DNA from: Octopus sinensis
Taxonomy: Eukaryota
DNA length: 64,000 bases
NCBI RefSeq assembly: GCF_006345805.1
Contig: NC_043000.1
Coordinates: 90,520,001 to 90,584,000, forward strand
Reading direction: 5' to 3'
Numbering within the stretch: the first letter of the stretch is position 1; each line of letters starts with the position of its first letter. A program made the translations under genes and the position numbers. The notes under the pieces are model-generated. The model was not told the DNA's origin. It saw only the letters and a list, made by a program, of their open reading frames with translations, and made no database searches. Below are positions 24,481 through 39,415 of the stretch, piece after piece.

Positions 24481-25814
24481 TGTAATCATTTTGAACATGG
24501 TCAATAAAATATGTTTTGCATTAACGTATAGTATATGTAATAATGTGAAGTATATTTTGTATATTAAAATGTTTAATTTTGGAAATATATCAAGCGAAGC
24601 AAACATGAGCAGTAAAAATAGGAATTGCAAGTATTTCAAAATGTGGGATACTACGCGGTGAAAACTAACAAAAAAGGAAGAATAGAGTGGTGCTTGTGTT
24701 CCAAGAGTACGATGAGAGGGCTCAGGAGAAGGATAGAAAGATGAGATTGAAAGGAAGAAAGATACCAGGAAAGAAAAGAATGAAAAATGAAAAGATAAAT
24801 TGGATGTCTGAAGTGAATGCTAGGCAAGAGATGAAACACACACACACAGAGGCACAAATGTACACACACACAGACACACACATTAATGTTAATGCATACA
24901 TTATATCTGTAAATGCATCTGTAAATGCATGTGTAAATGTGTGTGCGCCCGCGCACACACACACATTTACACATGCATGTGCACACACATACACACACAC
25001 TCACAGACGCACTCTCCTATACACATGTACAAAAAGGCGCGCACACTCACATAGGCATTCAAACACATGGAAACACGCACAGATTTATATACGTAATTTT
25101 ATATTCACCCTGACAAGTGTATTTTCATATTTTTTATGGATTAGCTGACATGCCGGTCGACATATTTTTTATACTTTGATTTACAACAGAATGTGCGTGC
25201 ATACATACATGCATACATGCATACATACATACATACATACATACATACTTACATACATACATACATACATATATACATACATACATACATACATACATAC
25301 ATACATACATACACACGTATGCATATATGCATATATATATATATATATATACATTCATGAATATACATACATATATATATATATATATATAACATAATAT
25401 ATATATACATGAATATATATATCAATATATATGAATATATATATATATATATATTATATATTATATATATATATGTGTATATATATATATATGAAAATGC
25501 AACTATACACTCCACATCTCACACACACATATTATGCAATATAACCATATGTTTGCATAAAATTTATATACATATATATCTTTATATATATGCATATAAT
25601 ATATGTGACTGTGTGTGTATGTGGGGTGTGTGTATATGTGTGTGTGTGTATGTGTGTCTCATCAGATATTTATGCTTAACTACATTATGTCACATACATA
25701 TATACATACATGGATTTATATATTTTTATCTGTGAACACACAACCTCATATATATATGTATATATTAATGTGTCTATGTATATATATGTATATATATGTA
25801 TATATAAATGTGTC

Positions 25815-25888
<74 letters not shown>

Positions 25889-26274
25889 ATATATGAATGT
25901 ATTAATGAACATCCACACACACACACATATATGCACATATATACGCATATATATGCATATGTAAATGTACATATTTATATATGCATATATGAGGATTCGC
26001 GTTATTGTCGACATGATCTTAAGTGAGATTATATATGCCGTGTGTAAATTTAGTGTGTAGATTACAGTGTTAACAAGTTGCAATTTGATTTCATAATATT
26101 GATATAATTATTCCACTGTGATTTAATTCCTCGTATATACACCCAGAACTTCGTTATATACATATGAATTATGTATGTAGAAATACAGTCATACATATTT
26201 AAACAAATGTATCGCTACACACGGCGGAACATGTAGACGCTAAAACTCACACAAACACACATACTTACACACAC

Positions 26275-26311
<37 letters not shown>

Positions 26312-26458
26312 CACACACACGTCCAGAAAGATATGCTGGCATATATAGATACACTCACACACGGACATGTGCAATTTTTGCGCATATAATAAAAAGTGTA
26401 ACTACATTTATATTTCTTTTTAATGTGTATAAAGATGTGTTGGAATATCTGCCTCTGT

Positions 26459-26499
<41 letters not shown>

Positions 26500-26584
26500 T
26501 GTCTGTATGTCTATCTGTCTGTCTGCACATGTATAAATGTATACGTATGTATACAGAGCGGTGCGTAAGAGTGGGGCATGCACG

Positions 26585-26622
<38 letters not shown>

Positions 26623-28344
26623 TGCATATGCGTGTATATGTTATAGGTGCATGTGTGCTTGGATGCGCATGCTTATGTGCGCTGCTTTGTATACGGGTAA
26701 GCTTAGGGTGTGGGTATGTGTGTGTGGATGCGTGTGTGGCTATGAGTGTGGCTATGTGTGTGTGCGCATGCGTGTGTTTTGTAGCATGAATAGGCTTTTG
26801 TGTACGCATTTGTATCTGTATGTTTACGTGTGAATATATGTATAGAAGGTTAATCAAAATCCTTTTGCATGGGTATATACATGTGTGTACATGATGTGTG
26901 TATGCGTGTGTATGTGTGTATATGAGTGTGCATGCGCGCGTATGTGTAAATATGTATGTGTGAGTGTGTGTGTGTGCTGTGTAAGTATGTATATGCGTGT
27001 TTGAATCTATGTGCGTGTGTGTTTGCGCGCGAAGGTGTCTTTTTAAACGCATGTTCGCGTCTTTCCAATCCGGTCATGTGTTCGCACGAGGTGCGGCAAA
27101 ACCCCCACAGATTCACCATTCTTAATAAACATTTCAGAGGATTAACACATAATAATAACTAAAAACAACACACGGTAAAACATTAGCTGCATGAAGACGC
27201 CATTACTATCCGTCTAACTTCACTAGCTTTAAAACAATATCCTTGTAAAATATGGAATACATTTCTGCCGCTCCCTGTATTTGCGTTCCCGTCTATTTTT
27301 ATGCTTGTATTGGCGATAACGAAGTGCGAACTATCGTCTCTTAAAACACGGAGAATTTTCTAGATTCTAGATCTAAGCATACATAACACAGAGAATAGAA
27401 AGAATAGAAAGCGATTAGCAAATTCATACAGCAATACTATAAATATTTGAATTCGAATTATTTCATCTGGACCATATAGACTTATATTTAAAATTAGTTC
27501 ATCGCTTTATCTGCATTCTGTTATCCCTTGGAGAGATTCACATTTGCTTTATAAGTGTCCCTCCCTCTCGCCATCCTTAATGTATAATTTCATGCATCTG
27601 CAGTTGACTAGAGTTTAAGCGGTAATTCGATGGTCTATAATATATAACACGTTTACGGGTTGGACATAAATTGGGTGTACAATCTCACACATCAATTGTG
27701 ATAGACAATCTGGTTCCAGTTACAAACGATTGCGCAATTGAATTTACCTTCCCTCGACGTGTTTATTTGCACACAAATACGCTCACACTCACAGGCACAC
27801 GCTCACATACACACATCTACGCTCATATATGCATATATGTGTATGTATGTATGTATGTATGTATGTATGTATGTATATATAGACACACACGCGCACTGTG
27901 TATATATATATATGCATATATAAGAGTGATGTAAAATTAAGATATTATAGATACATAACAAGGAGCGTACGCTCGAAGCCTTACACATATACAGAGATAC
28001 AAGTAGCAATACATACACATATACACGTACAAACTTCTCATACACACACATATGTATGTACAACCTTCTCATACACACACACACACACACACACACCACA
28101 CACACACACACACGTATAATACATATATACATATTTTAATTTTATATTGCGCATACATACAATTTTGTGTGAGTATACAGAAGTGTAACACTTTTCTTGT
28201 GAATTAAAGTTATCTAATCCGATAAAATTGCCATTTTATGCATCATATATTAATGATGAATTTTCTTTAATTATTTACGTTAAAACAATGATGATGACGA
28301 CAACAATAATTATAATAAAAATAACAATAATAATAACAATAGTT

Positions 28345-28477
28345 TCAAATTTCTGCCACAAGGGCAGCAATTTTGATGGGAAGGTATGAGTTGATTACTT
28401 ATTTTTATCGAGCCCGAAAGGATGGAAGGCAAAGTCGACCTCGACGGAATTTGAACTCAGAACGTAGCGGCAGGCGA

Positions 28478-28480
<3 letters not shown>
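28345..28480 (-). mobile_element. SINE family C, partial, abutting a (TAA)n/(GAT)n/(CTA)n tract (28480-28910)
   Basis: GAAAGGATGGAAGGCAAAGTCGACCTCGACGGAATTTGAACTCAGAACGTAG. Confidence 0.75.
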
Positions 28481-28557
<77 letters not shown>

Positions 28558-28592
28558 TAATAATAATAATGATAATAATAATAATAATAGTG

Positions 28593-28659
<67 letters not shown>

Positions 28660-28822
28660 GGATGATGTTGATGGTAATAATCTGATTAGGTACGACGGAG
28701 TGGATATTGTCATGATGACGAGGATGGAGGCGATGATGATGATTATGATGATGATGATGATTATGCGTTAAGTTATGATGGTGAGAATAATAAGAATAAT
28801 GATACTACTACTACTGCTGCTG

Positions 28823-28861
<39 letters not shown>

Positions 28862-29258
28862 ACTACTACTACTACTACTACTACTATTACTACTACTACT
28901 ACTACTACTACGGTACACCGACAGGACTCACCTAGTTTGATCATACAATATTCACTTAATCTATTTGATTAAGATTACATTAACAGTTCAAGCATCTGTG
29001 GTATACACAACCGCCTTCACTCTACTTCAGTAACGAGATATTTCAGTCTATAAAACAGCTGGAATGCAAATACACTAAAATCGACAGGGAGGCCATACAA
29101 TTTAAGCAGAAGCTAAGTAATTTGATCAAATGTACTGCTTTATGACTAGGGCTTACCGTTTGCCGAAATATTGAAAATAGGTGGCTCTCTCCTTAATAAA
29201 GTATAATGGCTTTTTCTTTCATTAATATATATATGTATGTATGTATATGTGTGTGTAT

Positions 29259-29430
29259 AGGTGCGGGTGTGTGGTAAGAAGCTTGCTTTTCAGTCACCTG
29301 GTGCTGGGTTCAATCCTACTGCGTGTCAGCTTGGGCAAGTGTCTTCTACTATAGCCTCGGGTCAACCAAAGCCTTGTGAGTGCATTTGGTAAACGGAAAC
29401 TGAAAGAAGCCCATCGTATATATATATATA

Positions 29431-29476
<46 letters not shown>

Positions 29477-29774
29477 ATCCAAACAAGAAAAACAGAAAAA
29501 AAACCAGCAACGCGAGGACGTGGAACAATCAAAGTATTATTTGACGCTCAGGAAAGAAGGGGAAGGAGGGTTTTAACGTTTCGAGCGGAGCTCTTCGTCG
29601 GAAACAAGGAGAAGGAAAGATCCCAAGAAGGGAAGACAGAGGAAAAAATAATTTGCTGGTGGTGCTCAGAGATCACATGTTGAATATATATATATATATA
29701 TTCCATTTCCTGAGCGCCTATTAATAATAATACTGTAATTGTTCCATTGTTGTTGTTTTTTTGTTTCCCGTTTG

Positions 29775-29817
<43 letters not shown>

Positions 29818-29896
29818 GCCATGTTGGATCATTAGCCCCTACACGCAATTTTTTTCTCTCCTTGTTTCTCTCCTTGTTTCTTTTGTAAACCTTCCC

Positions 29897-29940
<44 letters not shown>

Positions 29941-29987
29941 TATATATATATATATATAGTATATATGTATATATATATATATGTGTG

Positions 29988-30022
<35 letters not shown>

Positions 30023-30223
30023 CTGTAATTGTCCTCACCACCATCGCCTGACAACCGGTGTTGTTGTTTTTACATCCCCGTAAGTTAGCGGTTCAGCAAG
30101 GAGACCGATCGAATATGTACTAGGTCTTAAAAAAATATGTCCTGGGGTCGAATTATTCGACAAAAACACTTCATAGCAGGGCTCCAGCATAGCCACGGTC
30201 AAATGACTAAGACAAATGAAAGA
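29259..30223 (+). mobile_element. Composite A/B SINE with Penelope-like pieces nested in its internal (TA)n
   Basis: Head A 29259-29417, body B about 30020-30223; intervening (TA)n contains unique segments 29472-29900. Confidence 0.7.
29569..29608 (-). ncRNA. Candidate minimal (Penelope-type) hammerhead ribozyme with variant core
   Basis: Minus strand GTTT-CCGACGA-A-GAGC-TCC-GCTC-GAAACGTT-A-AAAC: stem I GTTT/AAAC, stem II GAGC/GCTC, palindromic AACGTT stem III; core reads CCGACGA instead of CUGANGA. Confidence 0.45.
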
Positions 30224-30289
30224 ATTTTTGATCGAATGTATCGACCAAGGAGGTTTTTAAATTTCGTTTTTAAAGCTTGCTACTTATCC

Positions 30290-30680
30290 TATCGATATTT
30301 TGTGCCGAACCGCTATGTTTCGGGGACGTAAATACGCAAGCACCGTTTGTCAAGCGGTGGTGGGGTACAAACACAGACGCAAAGACACACATATATACAC
30401 TGTCTTTCTCCCTCTCTTTCTCTCTCTCTGTCACACACACACACATACACACACATATACTCTTTACTCTCTTTTACTCTTTTACTTGTTTCAGTCATTT
30501 GACTGTGACCATGCTGGAGCTCCGCCTTTAGTCGAGCAAATCGACGCCAGGACTTATTCATTGGAAGCCTGGTACTTATTCTATCGGTCTCTTTTGCCGA
30601 ACCGCTAATTCACGGGGACATAAACACACCAGCATCGGTTGTCAAGCGATGTTGGGAGGACATATACAGACACAAACACA
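30290..30680 (-). mobile_element. Two SINE body-B copies (30290-30375 partial; 30465-30680)
   Basis: TTTCAGTCATTTGACTG...CATGCTGGAGC...CGCCTTTAGTCGAGCAAATCGAC. Confidence 0.8.
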
Positions 30681-30792
30681 TACACACACATACAAATGGA
30701 AAAAAAGAATATAGGTGTGTGTGTGTGTATATATATATATATTATAATATATTATACTATAATATATATATAATATATAATATCATTACATT

Positions 30793-30823
<31 letters not shown>

Positions 30824-31150
30824 TATATATATATACACAAAAGATAGATAGATATGAGTTATTCCCTGTGTGCGCGTTAGATCAACGTGTGTTGAAACTA
30901 GAGAACAGTATAAATTGGTTAACAAGAAAACTATTGTCATCTTTCTTTCTTGCTTAATTGTATTGTGTATCTTGTGTCAACTGTAAAATCAATGAAAAAC
31001 AAATGCTGCAATAATGCAACTAATACTAACAGCTCCCCAGGGATCGACTGTTGTTTACACGTTTCATTTCATCTGTTTCCTGCATAGATTTCTTAATTCC
31101 GTTCTCATTGGCCGTTTCGGTTTCGATAGGTTTTGTTTTGTTTTGTTTTT

Positions 31151-31211
<61 letters not shown>

Positions 31212-31218
31212 CACCACC

Positions 31219-31257
<39 letters not shown>

Positions 31258-31331
31258 GTATGTGCATTATATATACATTCATCTCCATATATATTCTTAA
31301 TATATATAATATATACATACATACATACCTG

Positions 31332-31402
<71 letters not shown>

Positions 31403-31419
31403 GTCTGTCTGTCTGTCTA

Positions 31420-31471
<52 letters not shown>

Positions 31472-32658
31472 CCTATAATAGGAGCGGTGTATTAACTAAT
31501 ATAAGCCACTGTATTTGTATTTATCTTTTCTCTTTCAAGTACATACAAACGATCACTTCCTCATATATTACAGTTAAGTACAACTGTCACAATTATAAAA
31601 CGTGTATTTAAATTTGAGCTACTATTAGTTTCATGCCATGAAAACATAGTAAACAAGCAAACTTATGTATGAAGACAAGTGTTTGCAAGCAATTATTCAA
31701 ACTCAAATTTTATAAAGTAACTGGTCTACTTTTGAAAGACAAAAAAGGAAGGTTAGTTTGTTTTTTATAATTAACTTTTTTATTTCTACTTTTCCCTGTT
31801 ATAATTCAAGACAGCACGGCCAGGGAACCGTGAAGTCTTGTATAAAAGAAATGGGGAACAAGACCTTTTTATTTTGAAAAGAAAGAAAATGAGAAATAAA
31901 TAAATATATAAATAAATAAAATAAAAAACGAGGAAAGAGAAGAGAGAGAAATGAAGGAATTAAAAATAAATAGAATAAAATAAAATAGACTACACACTAC
32001 TACACATTCACTCGTTAATCACTCATAAAATCTTAATGTAGTTCTACAAAAAGTGACACTACACGTTTACAGACTCATGGTAGAGCCTCCACTTTTTATA
32101 AATTTTCTCTTGTTTGCTTTCATTGTATGATCTGTTTTGTTTTCAATTATATATCAGGGACGCTGGTTTTGAGAAAACAGGAAAAAAGTTGAGAGGAAGA
32201 TAAAGACAAAAAGTACTTTCTCAAAGAACAACGTTATTTCTTACTTGTTTGTTTTTTTCAAGTCCTATCTCGTCTTTTCAAAAAAGACCAACCTTGCTTT
32301 ATATTGAGTCTGAGAGATTGCTTAGAAGCACAAGGCTTGATTTAAATGCTTGCCTGTTTAGTGTGTTATCATAGCATGAAACTACTTGTAGTTCGAATCT
32401 AAATCCTGTGTATGTTAACTTATATTTCCCTTTCACCGAATGGAGTAGTTTTTATTGATCCTACCAATAGCGGAGCAGTATAATATACATAAACACACAT
32501 ACACACAGACAAAGACAGACAGACAGACACACACAAATATCATATATACATATATATATACACAATTATGTTTTTATATATACGTAGATACACACACATA
32601 TAATGTATATACATAAATACATAATACATACACACACACACACAACACAACACATATA

Positions 32659-32714
<56 letters not shown>

Positions 32715-33059
32715 ATATATATATATATATGTGGGTGGTGTGTGTGGTAGCTGTGTGTCTTTTTATGTATCTGTAAAACATTTGTTTTAACCAGCTGAAG
32801 TACATTAAGTAACCAACAACAAAAATGCACAACACGAAAATTGAATAAGTTTTTGATTGATCCTCAATCCAATGATTCACATGCATCTGCATGTTTAGCT
32901 AGGCCCTTCCTTAACACTAATGAGAAGGCACTTTCTCACTCCACGCAATTGTAGCAGTGTCGTCAGTAAAAACTCTGTTAAGCGCAGTAATGATTGTATT
33001 GATAACATTATGTAAATCTGCAGTGACAACTAAAAATTTATTAGCACCAGAGAAAATAA

Positions 33060-33420
33060 CCCAATTTGAATGTAATTTCAGATACTCAATTAAGTGCCCG
33101 TTGAGCGGAAAATGTCTGTCAAAAGAAGTAGGTCCAGAGCAGGTGCACATTTGAACAGTAAAATCGGATACCGGATTCAGTACAAAAACTTTTAAAGCTA
33201 GCTTTATGCAGCACATCCAATCGCTTAGGCCTCGAAATAAATCGCTTAGGCCTAGAAACATCGTTTTCGAAATATATTTGGTGTTTGAAAGACAGGCAAA
33301 AGCAGATCCTGGATAAAACGGAATATTGTTTTATAGGCAAAAGAACACAATGGTCATAGTAAGTGCTGTAATCGATGTGTGACGGAAAACCCCAAAATCT
33401 TTATTATTCTCCCTGGTTGT
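33060..33420 (+). mobile_element. Degenerate Penelope-like GIY-YIG endonuclease remnant
   Basis: Across frameshifts: ECNFRYSIKCPLSGKCLSKEV / TGFSTKTFKASFMQHIQSLR / SKYIWCLKD / KCCNRCVTE, collinear with the ORF at 59800-60200. Confidence 0.75.
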
Positions 33421-34084
33421 ATATTCAACAGGAGAGAATAAACTTTCTTGTCATACCGCAATGGAAATAAATTTAAGCTTCAAATTTAACGCAGCATATT
33501 TCTACAAATTGGCTGAAATTTAATCGACTAGCGATGAAGTCGTAATATTAACTCCTGCTAACGCATTTAGTACACTAACTCAAAAATCCCACAAAATATA
33601 AAAATAACATCTTATGTAGTATAAGAGTTATCAAAGTATACCATGTAACTCAAGGGTTATCAGCTTTCACCATCTAATACAAGAGTTACCTAGGTACCTA
33701 AAAGAAAACATCACTTTTAAGTGAAGTAAGAACTGCGTTTGCTATCATATTAAACAAACGCTGAATTCCGGCAGGAAGTTAAAGTTACCCATCTTGAGAG
33801 AAATGATTTTTTTCAGTCGGAAATTACCATCACTTACCAGAGAATCATGTGAGCTGAATTAAACAATGAAAGAGTAGGGATGAAACGCCATCTTAGATAA
33901 AGTTAAACCTCTTGTTGCCGTACATCATGCAATTTGATTGATCCATTTTATCGTGAAACTTATAGTAGAGTAATACCATTCGGCTGCAGCTGAATGCTGG
34001 TACTATAAGTCTCACATATATATACATATATACGTATACGTGTATGTATATGGTGTTTGTATATATATTTATATAATATATATC

Positions 34085-34122
<38 letters not shown>

Positions 34123-34259
34123 AGGTATATTATATATATACATATATAAATATTACATATATATATAGATATACATATATAAATATATATATATATATAC
34201 AACCTACATATATATAAATATATACATACATATATTATACATGGTTATACATATATACA

Positions 34260-34354
<95 letters not shown>

Positions 34355-34698
34355 TTTGTCTGTCCATCTATCCATGTATATGATGAAACACTGCGAACAT
34401 TATAACAAGTTTCACGAGAATAGCCACCAACACCAACCGCCAGCAACAGCATCACAATCACAACAATAACCGCTGAGCTCGAACAACGATAACTACAACA
34501 TAAACAACATCCACAGTACCAACACTAACAGAACAATAAAACAATCAGAAACAAATACATTTTAACATGTAAGTAGATATCTTATTTCCTGTTACTTCTG
34601 TAAAGATAATAATGTACAATGAGTAAATGTGCTAATGCTATTACCCAAATAACAATACAAGTACTATATGTGTAGACGCACAAAAATACTATAATACC

Positions 34699-34743
<45 letters not shown>

Positions 34744-34757
34744 ATATACTAATATTA

Positions 34758-34808
<51 letters not shown>

Positions 34809-34892
34809 CATATATATTATATATATATATATCATATATATATTATATATACATATATATATATTATATATATTATATATATATATATACAT

Positions 34893-34925
<33 letters not shown>

Positions 34926-34949
34926 ATACATATATATATACATATATAT

Positions 34950-35017
<68 letters not shown>

Positions 35018-35241
35018 AATGTATGTATACATACTATATGTATACGGAGATGCAAATGTGGAAATTGTAAGTACCAGAAACGTATAGCGCTTACAGCTGC
35101 GAGAACATATGCACACACACACCTTTATATTTCTTTTATAGTTACGTATGCAGACTCAACTATTACTCTCTCACATTTACATTTGCTCATATGCTTATAT
35201 ACACGCACAGTCACAAAGACACATACACATACACACATTCA

Positions 35242-35299
<58 letters not shown>

Positions 35300-35794
35300 C
35301 ATAAACACATTCTTTTATCAACATCTTTTACTTTTTCTCGCACAATCGTCTACACACTGATTCCTGTTCATTTTCTCTCACTATGTCCGTCTCTATGTAG
35401 CTCTGTCTTTCACAAACAAGTGATACACACACACACACACGCGTACGCACAAACACACAGACACACACACACACATATATACATATATTTGTATATGTAC
35501 ATAATGTAGGTGGCCCATTAGCAATTACAACCTACATGTATATATATGTATGTATATATATACATATATATTTATATATATACGCACACATATGTACACA
35601 CGTATATGGTAGTACAGTCAAGATAGATAAAATTTAAAGCATGAATCTATCTATCTATCTAATGTATCAATCAATCAGTCTATCGATCCCCCTCTCTTTC
35701 CTCCCTCCTCTCGAGCACTCCGTGCGTGAGTGTGTATATATGTGTGTATATATATATACAACATATACATATATAAATATGTATATAATATATG

Positions 35795-35856
<62 letters not shown>

Positions 35857-36037
35857 ATATACAATATACATACATATATAATATATAATATAATATGTAT
35901 ACATATAATATATATATATATATAAGTGGTATATATATATATATATATGTATACATATATATATATATATATATAAGTGTGTGTATATATATATATATGT
36001 ATACATATATATATATATATATATATAAGTGTGTGTA

Positions 36038-36076
<39 letters not shown>

Positions 36077-36329
36077 TTAAATGGTACTATATATATATAT
36101 ATATATTATATATAAGTGTGTGTATATATATATACACACACTTAATCAAACACACATACACACAGACAAACATACACGCACTCTCTCTCTTTGTCACAGA
36201 TTATCTTGCTCTCTGTCTCACTCTCTCTTTCTCATTTTCTATCTGTCTCTGTGTTCAGAAGACTTTTCTTTATTCAGTTTATTTTTTTGCAATATGAATT
36301 AGCAGATGATATTAGTTACAAGACGAAAA

Positions 36330-36550
36330 CGACTACGATGTCGACGATGATGATGAGGATGATGTTAATGAGGATGATGATGATAACGATTATGCTGATA
36401 ATGTGATGATAGAAACGACGACGGCTACGACAACGACTATGATGATAGTGAGAATGATGGTAATGGTGACGTTGATGAAAGCGATAATGATGACAATGAT
36501 GATGATGGTGGCGGTGGTGGTGGTGGTGGTGGAGGTGGTGATGATGATAG

Positions 36551-36596
<46 letters not shown>

Positions 36597-36775
36597 AATT
36601 CTGATGATGATGATGGCCACGATCACGGTTATAGTGATGGCGACAATAATGGTGATGGTGATGTTGATGAAGAATATAATGGTGACAATAAAGATGATGA
36701 TAGTGATGGTGGTGGTAGTGATGATGATGATGATGATGATGAGGATGATGATGATGATGATGGTTACGATGAAGG
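36330..36775. repeat. (GAT)n/(GGT)n compound microsatellite
   Basis: Directly visible. Confidence 0.9.
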
Positions 36776-37149
36776 GAGATGATGCCCCCTGAATTACCTG
36801 TTCGTTAAATTCTCGTGCCAATTTTTGAGTTGGGTGGGTGGGTACTCTACCGCCGACAAATGTACCTTTCCAAATACAATCAGCGCGACACAGTGTGTGT
36901 GACATGACAAAGTCTTAGGTTTACAAGAGCAATCCATCTTGCAAACTTGCAAAGAGTTTTTACACCTACATATTCCACTCCAAGACTTGTGTCGATTCAA
37001 CGACGGAGTAAAAGACGTTCCTGAAGATGGGATCGAACGTGAGACCTCGTGTGGTGTGAGGTCAAGTAGAGAGAAAGATGTTAGATAGAGACTAAGATGA
37101 TTCGGTTTTTGTGTTAAGTTGTTGTATATATGTAGTAGTTTCTTTGAAA

Positions 37150-37300
37150 TGGAGGCACATGGCTTAGTGGTTAGGTGTTGGACTCATGATGGTAAGACGG
37201 CGATTTTCATTCCTGGACTGGAGGATACGTGTGTTCTTGAGCAAAACCCTTTATTTCACGTTGCTCAGTCCATTCAGCTGGCAAAAATGGTAATTCTGCG
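37150..37300 (+). mobile_element. tRNA-derived SINE family D (CORE-like middle), partial
   Basis: GGAGGCACATGGCTTAGTGGTTAGG head; CTTGAGCAAAAC...TTTCACGTTGCTCAGTCCATTCAGCTGGCAAAAATG. Confidence 0.7.
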
Positions 37301-37698
37301 ACGAAACTGGCCTTCCATTAGGAAGAATATGGACGCCAGAGAAATCGGGAAACTGGCCCTTATGGTCATTACGGAGTAATGTGGCTTAACCATAAACCAA
37401 TTTTTTAAATAATGTTGTTTGTTGTTTAAACTGAAGGTAAATAAGCGGTATCTATTCGTCAATTGGTCAGCTAGAAGTATCAGCTAGAATTTTCGGAAAT
37501 CAAATAATGCTATATTAAAAGTAGAGAAACCGGTAATAATCTTGGAGAGAAAATAAAAAAACGATGGAGCGGTGCGATTTGGACGTCTTCGAATATAGAC
37601 CTACTCGATCAGTGCCGGCCTGGGGCTAAATAATAACAATGATAGTAATAGCAGAAAGAAACGGGAAAGTAACAACAACAATAACAGCAGTAACAAGT

Positions 37699-37786
37699 TG
37701 GAGTTGCAATGGCCCAGTGGTTAGGGCAGCGGACTCGCGCGTCGTAAGAACGCAGTTTCGATTCCCAGATCGGGCATTGTGAGTGT
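37699..37786 (+). mobile_element. SINE family E head, cut by the assembly gap
   Basis: GCAATGGCCCAGTGGTTAGGGCAGCGGACTC...TTCGATTCCCAGATCGGGCATTGTGAGTGT, then Ns. Confidence 0.75.
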
Positions 37787-37886
37787 NNNNNNNNNNNNNN
37801 NNNNNNNNNNNNNNNNNNNNNNNNNNNNNNNNNNNNNNNNNNNNNNNNNNNNNNNNNNNNNNNNNNNNNNNNNNNNNNNNNNNNNN
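37787..37886. other. Assembly gap (100 N)
   Basis: Run of exactly 100 N. Confidence 1.
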
Positions 37887-38771
37887 GAAGGTTGTAGTCT
37901 AGCAAACCGACTACAGGACACATCACACTGATGGTGGCCTCCAGGGTGAGCTCCTGTCACGTAAGGAAGCAATGAAGTGCTTCAGACAAAAACAACTGAA
38001 GTGGCCTGCTATGCCCGCATGATATCTTGTCCTTCACCTCAACTGTAACATTCAACTCCACCCCACTGAGTACACTGGATAAGGTCTGGGATGTTCCTAT
38101 TTTCTTCGATTGTGTATGGTGGATGAATTCCACTGAGATCGAAACCGAAACATCATCTACATTTTCTTCATTCTGAGAAATGCCTTACTTCCTTCCAAAG
38201 TTACACAGGTCAACGACCACCAGATGCTTAGCTTAAGTGGAATTATCTCTATCTTAATGTAACAGGTCCTTCTTCATAAAGACGTTGAACACAGGATGAG
38301 CTCCTGTCGCGTAAGGAAGCAGTGAAGTGCTTCGGTCTGTAGGTTTCGCCCATGAAGAGGATTTTCATACTCCCTAACTGCCTTGATGACATGCACCGCC
38401 TCTTCTCACATGTCATTCACGGCTCTTTCCACCTAGGCGTGTGTCGCTGCATTTGGCTGTCAGATTTTAACGGACACCTCTACAGCATGCTCTCTGCAGT
38501 ACGGTTGCTACGATGATAACTTGTGCTCTCGTCCCTTTCATCCCTACAAGCTGTTTACTTGTGTCCTGCGTTGTCCTTGTCATTTAGACAGATAGAGGAG
38601 AAGTAGTACTGTTGGTTTCGCTTATTTGCCCATGGGAGTCGATCCCATCGCTTTGTCGTTATTTTCGTATTGTTACCACCACTGCTGTAGTCAGTTTGAT
38701 GTTTGTAGTTGTGATAATGTTCTTGTCGTGTTGGTTTTTCCTATGCATGCTTACAGTTGTTTGTTCCTTTC

Positions 38772-39037
38772 GAGCCACGCCTGGCTCATACGGCTGGTTT
38801 CCCGGTTTCCTTGGCGTATAGGTTCCCCACCTGGACGGGACGCCGGTCCGTCGCAGGTGAGCTGCAAGATGCAGGAAGAAAGAGTGAGAGAAAGTTGTTG
38901 TGAAAGAGTCAGCAGAAGTTCGCCATTACCTTCTGCCGGAGCGGCGTGGGGCTTCGGTGTTTCGCTCATAAACACACACATCGCCCGGTCTGAGATTCGA
39001 ACCCGCGATCCCTCTAACCACTAAGCCATGTGCCTCC
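38772..39037 (-). mobile_element. tRNA-derived SINE with V-domain-like 3' part
   Basis: Minus-strand head GGAGGCACATGGCTTAGTGGTTAGAG...GGTTCGAATC; later CCTGCGACGGACCGGCGTCCCGTCCAGG, resembling the V-SINE domain as recalled. Confidence 0.65.
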
Positions 39038-39334
39038 ACATGCTTATAGTAGTAAGAGGAATTATTTTCGCTACTTAGTCATTGAATTTGGGTGTTATGA
39101 CTGATATAATTCCAAAAGAGACAAAGCGACCAACCAGTAGCTAGTAAATATGAAAATTATGTCCTTCGGGGCATAATTTGGCAGTGCCCCTTTTCACCCA
39201 GTGAAATAGGGGTCCTCATAAAATGTCTCAACAAAAAATGTTAAACAATAAACAAATTATTTCAACGGAATTTAACGCACTTTTGGGAGTCTACTTCTTG
39301 GCAATATCTTTGTTGTTGCTGTTGCTTAAATCGT

Positions 39335-39375
<41 letters not shown>

Positions 39376-39383
39376 TTTCTTTC

Positions 39384-39415
<32 letters not shown>

